Assembly: GCA_043819795.1 (NCBI GenBank)
Contig: JBDREN010000208.1
Span: forward strand, 1 to 32,309
Length of the DNA: 32,309 nt
Direction of reading: 5' to 3'
From: Elusimicrobiota bacterium
GTDB taxonomy: Bacteria; Elusimicrobiota; Elusimicrobia; UBA1565
The translations under genes were made by a program, and so were the position numbers. Positions within the stretch are counted from its first letter, which is position 1. The number at the start of each line of letters is the position of its first letter. This document shows positions 8,514 through 16,653 of this stretch, one piece after another. A model generated the notes under the pieces. That model was not told the DNA's origin. It did not search any database and saw only the letters and a program-made list of their open reading frames with translations.

Positions 8514-10819
8514 GGGGACTCGCCGAGCGCCTGCGCCAGGTCGAGCGCTCCCTCCGCAAGGGGCCGCGCGAGGCATGGCTTCGGGACCCGTGGGGAGGGC
8601 GCGCCAAGCGCTCCGAATACCCGCGCGTCCTGCGGGAGCTCGACGAGGCTATCGCCCGGTATCCGCGCCGCGCCTGGCTCTACGCCTGGCGGGCGGAGAT
8701 CCAGCGAGACCAGGGCCGCTGGACGAGGTCCCTCCGGGACTTCGAGAAGTCCGTGGAGCTCGATGCCAACGCCGGTTGGGTCCACGCGCTCATGGCGCGC
8801 CCGCACTTCTTCCTCGGCCGCGGGGCCGAGGCCCTGGCCGACCTGGCGCGCGCCCACCGCCTGTGCCCGAAGGACGGATGGATCGCGGGCTGGTGGGGCG
8901 AGGTCTACCGGCGTCTCGGGCGCGACAAGGAGGCCATCGCGGTGTTCCGGCGCGCGGCCCGCCTCGATCCCAGCGACCCCCTGGTCTTCTCGTGGTGGGG
9001 AGGCGCGCTCAGTCGCCAGGGCAAATATACGGCAGCCCTCGAGCCCCTGACCAAGGCCATCGAGCTCGATCCCGACGGCTCGAAGGGCGGCAAGGCGCTG
9101 GGGACCGCGCTCTTCGAGAGAGGCAAGGCCCGGCTGCACCTGAAGGATTTCGCGGGAGCGCTGGAGGACCTGGACCGCGCCGCGGACGCGGACTCGCGCA
9201 AGGGCCAGCTCTTCGACGCGGAGGCGAACACGGAGATACTCGATATCACGCCGCTTCTCGACGAGGCGGCGCGGCGCCTGCCCCGCGACGGGAGGGCGCT
9301 GGCTTGGCGGGGATGGGGCAAGCGCCTGCGCCGGGATTACGCCGGGGCTCTGCGCGATTTCCGCGCGGCATTGCGCGCGGGCTATCCGCCGCGGGTGGGC
9401 GTGCTGTGGGTGGGCGAGGCGCGGCTGCGCACCGGCGACCTGACCGGGGCGATCCGCGCTCTGACCCGGGCTCTCGCGCTGCAGGAGACGGCGTACGCCT
9501 ACGGATGGCGCGGGGAGGCGCTCTTGCGCCTGCGGCGCTTGGAGGAAGGGGTGCGCGATCTCGAGCGCGCCATCCGTCTCGCGCCCAAGACCTCGCACGC
9601 CTATACCTGGATGGGCTTCGCCCAGCTCGAGATGGGTCGTCCGGACCGCGCCAGGAAGTTCTTGGATAGCGCGGTGGACTACGGCCCCCGGCATCCTCCG
9701 GCCTACCTGTGGCGGGCCACGGCGCGCGAGCGCCTGGGCGACCTCTCCGGCGCCTTCGAGGACATCGAGAGCGCGCTGCGCAAGCATCCCGACTACGGTC
9801 CGGCCCACGCTCTGCGCGCCGTCCTGCGCCTCGACTCCGGAGCGGCCAAGGAGGCCGAGAAGGACATGCGCAAGGCCCTGGAGCTGAGGCCGGGCCATAT
9901 CGATGTCAGGCTCGCGTACGCCGCCTATCTCAAGGGGACGGGAGAGCACGCGGACGCGCTCGCCGTGCTCGACGGGGTCCTGCGCGAGGACCGCTACCGC
10001 GCCGAGGTCTGGGCCATGCGCGCCGAGGCCCGCCGCATGCTGGGCAAGTTCCGGCCCGCGCTCGCCGACGTGGAGCGGGCGATCGCCCTGAGCCCGCGCC
10101 GGGGCTCGCTGAAAGTCCTGCGCGCGGAGCTTCTTCGCGCGGTCGGCGATCACCGCCGGGCCGCGAAGGCGGCGGCCGAGGCCTGCCGGGCCGAACCTCG
10201 CGATCCGTGGCCCTGCGTGGTGGCCGCGAAGATCGAGGCCGATCGCCGGCGATGGGGCGCGGCCCTTCGCTGGTTGGAGAAGGGATCGAAAAGAGGAAAG
10301 AAGGACGCCAAGGTCTTGGCCTGGCGCGGCGAGGTATTCCGGCGCATGGGGCGCTTTCCCGAAGCGCTCCAGGCGTTGGACCGGGCCGTGGCTCTCGATC
10401 CCTCAATTGCCTGGGCGTTCGCGGTCCGGGCCCAGGTCAGGGCGGCCACGGGGCGGTTCCTGGATGGGCTGGGCGACTTCAATAAGGCGGTGCGCATGAA
10501 CCCGCGCTGCGAGGCGTTCCACGATCTCTCCGGCGCGAAGGGGCCGGGGCGTGACCTCGCGTGGCTGCTGGCGTGGCGCGGCGAGGCGGCCCGGGAGTTC
10601 TTCAAAGACCCGCGGTCGGCCAAGAAGGACCTCGACCGGGCGCTCCGCCTCGATCCGGACTCGGTATGGGCGCGCCTCAGCCGCGCCGTCACGCTCGGCG
10701 AGCTCAAGGAATTCAGGGGGCAGGTCAAGGATTTCCAGAGGTTGGAGCGCGCGGCGCCGGGCATTCTCACCGTGCCGACGATCCCCTCGCAGGGGCGGCC
10801 GCCGGGAGGAAAGGCGTGA
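8510..10819 (+). CDS. Trp-rich TPR protein (TPR-C), 769 aa
   Basis: GTG start in a GTGA overlap with GGAGGA 7 nt upstream. TPR units throughout, e.g. LAWRGEVFRRMGRFPEALQALDRAVALDP. Confidence 0.88.
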   Translation: MRGLAERLRQVERSLRKGPREAWLRDPWGGRAKRSEYPRVLRELDEAIARYPRRAWLYAWRAEIQRDQGRWTRSLRDFEKSVELDANAGWVHALMARPHFFLGRGAEALADLARAHRLCPKDGWIAGWWGEVYRRLGRDKEAIAVFRRAARLDPSDPLVFSWWGGALSRQGKYTAALEPLTKAIELDPDGSKGGKALGTALFERGKARLHLKDFAGALEDLDRAADADSRKGQLFDAEANTEILDITPLLDEAARRLPRDGRALAWRGWGKRLRRDYAGALRDFRAALRAGYPPRVGVLWVGEARLRTGDLTGAIRALTRALALQETAYAYGWRGEALLRLRRLEEGVRDLERAIRLAPKTSHAYTWMGFAQLEMGRPDRARKFLDSAVDYGPRHPPAYLWRATARERLGDLSGAFEDIESALRKHPDYGPAHALRAVLRLDSGAAKEAEKDMRKALELRPGHIDVRLAYAAYLKGTGEHADALAVLDGVLREDRYRAEVWAMRAEARRMLGKFRPALADVERAIALSPRRGSLKVLRAELLRAVGDHRRAAKAAAEACRAEPRDPWPCVVAAKIEADRRRWGAALRWLEKGSKRGKKDAKVLAWRGEVFRRMGRFPEALQALDRAVALDPSIAWAFAVRAQVRAATGRFLDGLGDFNKAVRMNPRCEAFHDLSGAKGPGRDLAWLLAWRGEAAREFFKDPRSAKKDLDRALRLDPDSVWARLSRAVTLGELKEFRGQVKDFQRLERAAPGILTVPTIPSQGRPPGGKA

Positions 10820-12360
10820 TCGGCTCGGCCAAGCTCCGCCGCCTGATGGAGGAGACGCGCGTGCGCGGCCGCGCCTCTGTGTGGCGCGCGCGGGCGTGCG
10901 CACGCCGCGCAGACGTGCCCGCGGCGATACGCCATATGGAGGCGGCGATCTTCCAGGAGCCGGACTGCGCCTGGCGCTTCGACCTGGAGCTGGACCGGCT
11001 CTCCGGCCGGGAGGATGCCGTGCGGGTGATGCGCCGCGTGGACGAACTCTTGCGCAGGCCGCGGCCGCTCAACACCGCCGAGGCGCTCGCGTCCAAGCGG
11101 CGGCGCGGTTTCCCGCCGAAGAGCTGGCTATGGACCATACGCGGGGAGACCCTGCGCCTTCCGCACTTCAACCGGCCCACGGAGGCCATCAAGGAGTTCG
11201 AGCGCGCCTTCCGCGCGGAGCCGCGAAGCGCCTGGATCGCGACGCTCCTCGGACGGTCGCATTTTAACTCCGGGAGCCGGAAGACCGGCATGAAGTACCT
11301 GAGCCGCTCCGTGGAGCTCGCCCCCACCATGGGCTGGGGCGTGGCGTGGCGCGGCGAGGCGCGCAGGTTTGACGGCGATATCCGCGGCGCGAAAGCGGAT
11401 TTCGAGCGGGCCATCGAGGTGGCTCCGGAGTATCCTTGGAGCTACGCGTGGCTCGGTGGGGTATTCAGCGCGCTCGGCCGCTACAAGGACACGTGCGCCT
11501 ACCTGGACCTGTTCCTATCGGTGATCCAGGTCAAGCTCTGGGCCTTCTACGTGCGGGCGGACGCGCGGCGCCGGCTCGGGGACATCCCGGGGTGCGTCGC
11601 GGATCTCAAGCGCACCGCGCGCGGGGACCTGAACGTAACGCTCTTGGGCGCCGGCGGCCGGCTCAAGCCCGAGCAGGTGCGGCGCTATCGGGCGGCGGTC
11701 CGCGACTTCGGAGCCTACCTCCGGCGCAAGCCCCGCTACGCCTGGGCACACGCCTGGCGCGGCGAGGCCCGCATCCGCCTGGGACAATACCGGCCGGCCT
11801 TGGCGGACCTGGACGCGGCGCTCGGCTTGAGTCCCCGCCTCTCCTGGGCACACGCCTGGCGCGCGGAGTCCTTGGTGGGGCTCGGCGAATACGCGTCCGC
11901 GGAGGAGGCCGTGGCCAAGGCGATCCGGCTCGAGGCGGACTATCCGCGCGCGTTCGCCCTGCGCGCGTGGCTGCGCCGCCGCCGCGGGGACTTCCGGGGA
12001 GCCGTCACCGATTTCGGCAAGGCGGCGGGGCCGCAGACCTCCTCGGCGTGGTGCGCGGCCTGGCGCGGCGAGGCCCTTCTGCAGGCCGGCGATCCGCGTG
12101 CCGCGGCCGCCGAGCTGGACCGGGCGATCGAGCTCGACCCGCTCTTCGCCGACGCCTACGCCTGGCGCGGCGAGGCGCTTCGCCGCATGGGACGGCGGGG
12201 GCGGGCGCGCCGCGACTTCGACCGGGCTCTGGAGATCCGGCCCGGGCACCAGCTGGCGCTCGTGGGCCGGGGCTTGAGCGCGGGCGCGGCCGGGGACTTC
12301 CGGGCATCAGCCCGGGACCTGGCGGTGGCGGTCCCCGCGGAAGAGGCGATTGTTTTGTAG
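10816..12360 (+). CDS. Trp-rich TPR protein (TPR-D), 514 aa
   Basis: Start moved from 10561 to GTG 10816 (GTGA overlap, GGGAGGAAAGG upstream). Repeats AHAWRGEARIRLG and AYAWRGEALRRMG. Confidence 0.85.
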   Translation: MIGSAKLRRLMEETRVRGRASVWRARACARRADVPAAIRHMEAAIFQEPDCAWRFDLELDRLSGREDAVRVMRRVDELLRRPRPLNTAEALASKRRRGFPPKSWLWTIRGETLRLPHFNRPTEAIKEFERAFRAEPRSAWIATLLGRSHFNSGSRKTGMKYLSRSVELAPTMGWGVAWRGEARRFDGDIRGAKADFERAIEVAPEYPWSYAWLGGVFSALGRYKDTCAYLDLFLSVIQVKLWAFYVRADARRRLGDIPGCVADLKRTARGDLNVTLLGAGGRLKPEQVRRYRAAVRDFGAYLRRKPRYAWAHAWRGEARIRLGQYRPALADLDAALGLSPRLSWAHAWRAESLVGLGEYASAEEAVAKAIRLEADYPRAFALRAWLRRRRGDFRGAVTDFGKAAGPQTSSAWCAAWRGEALLQAGDPRAAAAELDRAIELDPLFADAYAWRGEALRRMGRRGRARRDFDRALEIRPGHQLALVGRGLSAGAAGDFRASARDLAVAVPAEEAIVL

Positions 12361-12389
12361 AGGGATCAGGACGTCGACGGGCACGCAAG

Positions 12390-12436
12390 ACGCATAAAAC
12401 GGTAGAATAATTCGATATCCGAATAGGGGAGGGAGC
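12390..12436 (+). promoter_or_regulatory. Putative internal promoter (-10 TAGAAT) and RBS for TPR-E
   Basis: The largest intergenic gap in the TPR cluster (78 bp) and AT-rich. TAGAAT at 12403-12408, ATTCG-N5-CGAAT at 12410-12424, then AGGGGGAGGGAG. No canonical -35. Confidence 0.45.
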
Positions 12437-12438
12437 AC

Positions 12439-14268
12439 ATGAGCACCATGACCAGCGCGAGGCGAGTGTCCGGGAAAGGAGGCGCGGTCCAAAGGGACCG
12501 GCGGGACGCGCCGGTGGACCGGGCTCAGGACGTGGATCTTTCGACCAACGGGTGGCTCGACCACGCCCGGAAGGCGGCCTACTACGTGGAGCCGCGCGCG
12601 GGCTGGGTCTACGCGTGGAGGGACTACGTGATCCCGGACCCGACGGAGCACCTTCGGCTGCGCGCGACCCTGCGCCGCGTGGTGGGACGCGGCACCGCGA
12701 ACGCCGAACTGTGGTCCTACCTCGGCGAGATCGAGCGCAAGCTCGACAACCCGCAGGAGGCCATGCGCTGCTTCGACAAGGCGCTCAAGCTCGACCCCTC
12801 CTTCGGCCCGGCCTACGCTTGGAAGGGAGAGGCTCTGCGCGACATCCAGCGCTACGATGAAGGACGCGCCGCTTTGGAGCGCGCGGCGAAACTGATGCCG
12901 AGGGAGCCGTGGGTGCTGGCTTTGCTCGCGCGGGCAAACGGGGACTTCAGGCCGGCGCACCTGCACTACTCGCTGCCCATCTTCGCCAAGGCGATCGCCC
13001 TGGCCCCCAAGGCCGGCTGGATCCGCGCCTGGCGCGGGGAGGCCTGGCGGCGGCTCAAGAAGCACAAGGAGGCGCTCAAGGACTACACCTTCGCCGCGAA
13101 GCACGGCTCGCCTCTTTCGTGGACCGTCATGTGCCGGGGTGAGGTGTACCGGAAGCTCAGGCGGATGGACCTCGCGGAGAGGGACTACCGGCTGGCCGAG
13201 CGCATGGACCCGAACAACCCCTGGATTCCCGTGGCGCGCAGCGAGGTCTGCCGTACGGAGCGCAGGTTCGAGGACGCGATCAAGCACCTGAAGGACGCCG
13301 TCCGCCTGAGCGGCAAGGCGGCCTGGGCCTACGGGATGCTGGGCCGCGTGGAGTTCGTCTACGCCTACCCGAAGGAAGGCCTGGAGGATATGAGCCGTTC
13401 GATACGCATGAAGCCCTTGGGCTGGTGCGTGGCGTGGCGCGGCGAGGCGTACCGGCACCTGGGCCAACTCAAGAAGGCCCTGGCCGACCTGACCTGGGGG
13501 CTCAAGCTCGATCCCGACTACGGCTGGACCTGGGCGTGGCGGGGCGGCACGCGCCGCCGGCTGGGCGACCTGAAGGGGGCGATGGAGGACCTCAACGAGT
13601 GCGCCAGGGCGTACACGTTCTATCCGTGGGTGTTCTCAGAGAGGGCGCTGGTCAAGCGCGCGATGGGGGACCTCCCGGGCGCCTTCGACGACATGGAGGA
13701 GGCCATCCACCGGGACCAGAAGTATTTCTGGATCCAGCATCCGTCCCAGGAGAAAGAGGGGCTGAGCTGTCTGGAGCGCTACCTCAAGAAGCGCCCGCGT
13801 GACGCGCGCGGGGTCTCGTGGTACGCCCAGGCCCTGACCCAGGCCAAGCGCATGGAGGAGGCTCTGGAGAACTTCGAGCGCGCCGAGAAGCTTCTCAAGG
13901 GGAAGACGACCGAGTTCCACGGTTGGATGCTGACCTGGTGGGCGGAGGCCCTGTTCCGGGCCGGACGGGGACGCGAGGCCCTGCCGAAGGTCCAGCAGGC
14001 TCTGCGCCTGGCGCCGAAGTACATGCACGCGCACGCCTGGCACGGGCGGATCCTGGCGACTTTGGGCAAGCTGAAGGAAGGTCGCAAGGCGCTTGAGAAG
14101 TCGCTCAAGATCTTCCCGCGCACGGCGTGGGCGTGGGCGTGGCTGGCCGAGGTGACGGTGGCTCTCGGCGACCGCAAAGCCGCGGCGTACGCCGTGGACC
14201 AGGCGTTGATGGTGGAACCGAACTACGTGTTCGCCAAAGAGCTCAAGGCGTTCATCGAGAAGCTGTGA
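12439..14268 (+). CDS. Trp-rich TPR protein (TPR-E), 609 aa
   Basis: Strong RBS and clear TPRs (YLGEIERKLDNPQEAMRCFDKALKLDPSFGPAYAWKGE). Confidence 0.9.
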   Translation: MSTMTSARRVSGKGGAVQRDRRDAPVDRAQDVDLSTNGWLDHARKAAYYVEPRAGWVYAWRDYVIPDPTEHLRLRATLRRVVGRGTANAELWSYLGEIERKLDNPQEAMRCFDKALKLDPSFGPAYAWKGEALRDIQRYDEGRAALERAAKLMPREPWVLALLARANGDFRPAHLHYSLPIFAKAIALAPKAGWIRAWRGEAWRRLKKHKEALKDYTFAAKHGSPLSWTVMCRGEVYRKLRRMDLAERDYRLAERMDPNNPWIPVARSEVCRTERRFEDAIKHLKDAVRLSGKAAWAYGMLGRVEFVYAYPKEGLEDMSRSIRMKPLGWCVAWRGEAYRHLGQLKKALADLTWGLKLDPDYGWTWAWRGGTRRRLGDLKGAMEDLNECARAYTFYPWVFSERALVKRAMGDLPGAFDDMEEAIHRDQKYFWIQHPSQEKEGLSCLERYLKKRPRDARGVSWYAQALTQAKRMEEALENFERAEKLLKGKTTEFHGWMLTWWAEALFRAGRGREALPKVQQALRLAPKYMHAHAWHGRILATLGKLKEGRKALEKSLKIFPRTAWAWAWLAEVTVALGDRKAAAYAVDQALMVEPNYVFAKELKAFIEKL

Positions 14269-16637
14269 AGAGCGCGAACAAGCGCCTCCTCGCCGCGAAG
14301 CGCAAGTGGCTGGATTACCGCATGGACCAGATCGTCATGGGTCTGGACCAGCTCACGGCGGTCGACGCCGCGGACTGGTCCGGCTACGCCATGTGGCGGC
14401 CGCTGGCCGTGGACCCGCACCGCTTCGGCGGCGTGGTCTTCGATCTCGACAAGGCGCTGGAGAAGGCGCCCGAGGACGTCGAGGCCCTGGCCATGCGCGG
14501 CCGGGCGCTCCGGATCGTGGGCGACTTCAAAGGCGCCCTGGCCGACCTGAGGCGCGCGCTCGAGCTGCGTCCCGACGACGGATACGCCCGGGCCTGCCTG
14601 GGCGAGCTGAGGCTCGCCATGGGCGAGGAGGGACAGGCGGCCGACGCCTTCTCCCGCGCCGAGCGGGGCGACCCGGACATGATCTGGACCTATGTCTGGC
14701 GCGGGGCGTGGGCGTTGCTCAAGGGCGACCTGACCCAGGCGGGCAAGGACCTGGAGACCCTGCGGGTGATCGGCGAGGAGAAGGTCGTCATCAACCTGCT
14801 CGCGGGCGTGCTCTCGACGAAGCTGAGGGACTTCAAGGAGGCCATCCGGCTTTTCGACCGGGCAGCTGTTATTGACTCGCATTGCGGAGGGACCCTCGTG
14901 ATGCGCGGGCACTCGCGCCTGTGGGACGGCGACGAGAAGGGCGCGGCCGCGGACTACGAGGAGGCCATCCGCTTCGACCACGACTGCAAAGTGGGCTACT
15001 ACCAGATCATCGGCTGCGGGGACCTGGAGCCCACCGCGAAGGATCTCGCGTTTCTCGATGGGGCGATCCGCAAGCGTCCGGACGCGGCCTGGCTCTACGG
15101 CCTGCGCAGCGAGATCCTGCGGATGCCGAAGCTCTCGCTCTACCTCGACTCGGTCAAGGACCTCGAGAAGGCCGTGGAGCTCGATCCCAAAAGTCCCTGG
15201 CTCATGGCGTTTTTGGGGCGCGGGTATGCCCAGACCGGCCAGCCGGAGAGAGGGGTGGAGTGCCTCTATAAGGCTGTGAAGCTGGACCCGACTTGCGGAT
15301 GGGTCATCGCCTGGCGCGGCGAGGCGGTACGGATAGCCGGGAAGTTCAAGGAGGCTATCGACGACCTGACGAAGGCCATCAAGTACGAGCCGTACTACAT
15401 GTACTCCTACGTCTGGCGGGGCGGGCTCTACCGCCTAATGGAGCGGGAGCGCGAGGCCCTGGCCGACCTGGACTTCGCCATGACTCTGCACCCCCGCTAT
15501 CCGCACGGCTACCATCAGCGGGCGTTCGCGCGGCTCTACGCGGGCATGGGCAAGGAAGCGATGGAGGATATGGCCCAGGCGGTCCGCTTCAACCCGAAGT
15601 ACAGCTGGGTGCACGGGAAGCTGGCGGGTCGCGAGAAGGAGTGGCGGCGCGTCTTGAAGGGGCTCGATACGGCCGTGGCCCAGGAAAAGAAGGGCGGCTG
15701 GCCCCTGGCCTGGCGCGGTGAGGCGAGGCTCAAGCTCGGCGACTGGGAAGGGGCTTTGGAGGATCTGGCCGCCGCGGTGAAGCGGGACCCCAAGCTGGCG
15801 TGGGGCTGGGCCTGGCTCGGTGAGACCAAGATCAAGCTCGGGAAGGCGGGCTCGGCCCTGCCGGACCTGCAGAAGGCGACGCAGCTCGACCCGACCTACG
15901 CCCGCGCGTGGTCCTGGAAGGGCGCGGCCCTCTCGCGGCTGGGGCGCTGCCCCCTGGCCCTCGAGGCGTTCAACGAGGCGATGCGTCTGGATCCGCGCTC
16001 GGCGTGGGCGTGGGGCTGGCGCGGCGAGGTGAAGCTGCGGGTCCAGGACTTCGAGGGCGCGCTCAAGGACCTGGACAAGGCCCTCACCTTCGACCTTCGT
16101 TTCGTCGAGGCGCATATGTGGCGCGGCGAGGCGCTCGCGGGACTGGGCCGCTTCGAGGACGCGATCGTCGCGATCGACCGGGCCCTGGAGTTCAACCCGG
16201 AGCACGCCATGGCCTACGTGACGCGGGCTTTGGCCAAGGAGAAGCTCGGCGATTTCTTCGGGGAGATGCTCGACTTCGCCCGGGCGCTCAAGTTCATGCC
16301 CGAGCTGATGGACAAGACCGCTCGCGAGCGGCTGAGCGAGCAGCTGATGGAGCGGGTCGCCGAGAAGCTCGAATCGGGCGATCCGACGGCGGCTCTCGAG
16401 GCCGCGGAGGCGGTGCTCGGCTTCGATCCCGGCAACGCGGACGCGCAGGCCGTGGTCCGCGATACGAAACGTTCCTCGAAAGACGGAGGCTCGCGCCGGA
16501 CCCGGCCCAAGGGGTCTCGGCACGGCTCCGCTCCGCGGTCGAAGCCGTCCCGCGAGCCCGTTCCGGCCGGCCGCGCGTCGAGGCGCAAGCCGGCGCGCCT
16601 TAGCGCGCCGGTGATCCGGCTGCGCCCGAGGAGTTGA
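14265..16637 (+). CDS. Trp-rich TPR protein (TPR-A2), paralog of 746-3889, 790 aa
   Basis: Start moved from 14127 to GTG 14265 (GTGA overlap). Shares identical blocks with TPR-A1, e.g. AAWLYGLRSEILRMPKL and EKLGDFFGEMLDFARALK. Confidence 0.9.
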   Translation: MKSANKRLLAAKRKWLDYRMDQIVMGLDQLTAVDAADWSGYAMWRPLAVDPHRFGGVVFDLDKALEKAPEDVEALAMRGRALRIVGDFKGALADLRRALELRPDDGYARACLGELRLAMGEEGQAADAFSRAERGDPDMIWTYVWRGAWALLKGDLTQAGKDLETLRVIGEEKVVINLLAGVLSTKLRDFKEAIRLFDRAAVIDSHCGGTLVMRGHSRLWDGDEKGAAADYEEAIRFDHDCKVGYYQIIGCGDLEPTAKDLAFLDGAIRKRPDAAWLYGLRSEILRMPKLSLYLDSVKDLEKAVELDPKSPWLMAFLGRGYAQTGQPERGVECLYKAVKLDPTCGWVIAWRGEAVRIAGKFKEAIDDLTKAIKYEPYYMYSYVWRGGLYRLMEREREALADLDFAMTLHPRYPHGYHQRAFARLYAGMGKEAMEDMAQAVRFNPKYSWVHGKLAGREKEWRRVLKGLDTAVAQEKKGGWPLAWRGEARLKLGDWEGALEDLAAAVKRDPKLAWGWAWLGETKIKLGKAGSALPDLQKATQLDPTYARAWSWKGAALSRLGRCPLALEAFNEAMRLDPRSAWAWGWRGEVKLRVQDFEGALKDLDKALTFDLRFVEAHMWRGEALAGLGRFEDAIVAIDRALEFNPEHAMAYVTRALAKEKLGDFFGEMLDFARALKFMPELMDKTARERLSEQLMERVAEKLESGDPTAALEAAEAVLGFDPGNADAQAVVRDTKRSSKDGGSRRTRPKGSRHGSAPRSKPSREPVPAGRASRRKPARLSAPVIRLRPRS

Positions 16638-16653
16638 TCGGGAGGAGCTTGAG

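Noticed and set aside
2189..15325. Recurrent DNA word GCCTGGCGCGGCGAG
   Set aside because: It is the coding sequence of the AWRGE peptide motif, in frame and irregularly spaced. It is not a CRISPR or iteron array.
16480..16637. Possible frameshift or pseudogenisation of TPR-A2
   Set aside because: Only about 170 nt remain before the next gene, too little to hold the 300-aa A1 extension, and I saw no A1-like sequence in other frames. This is a domain gain or loss.
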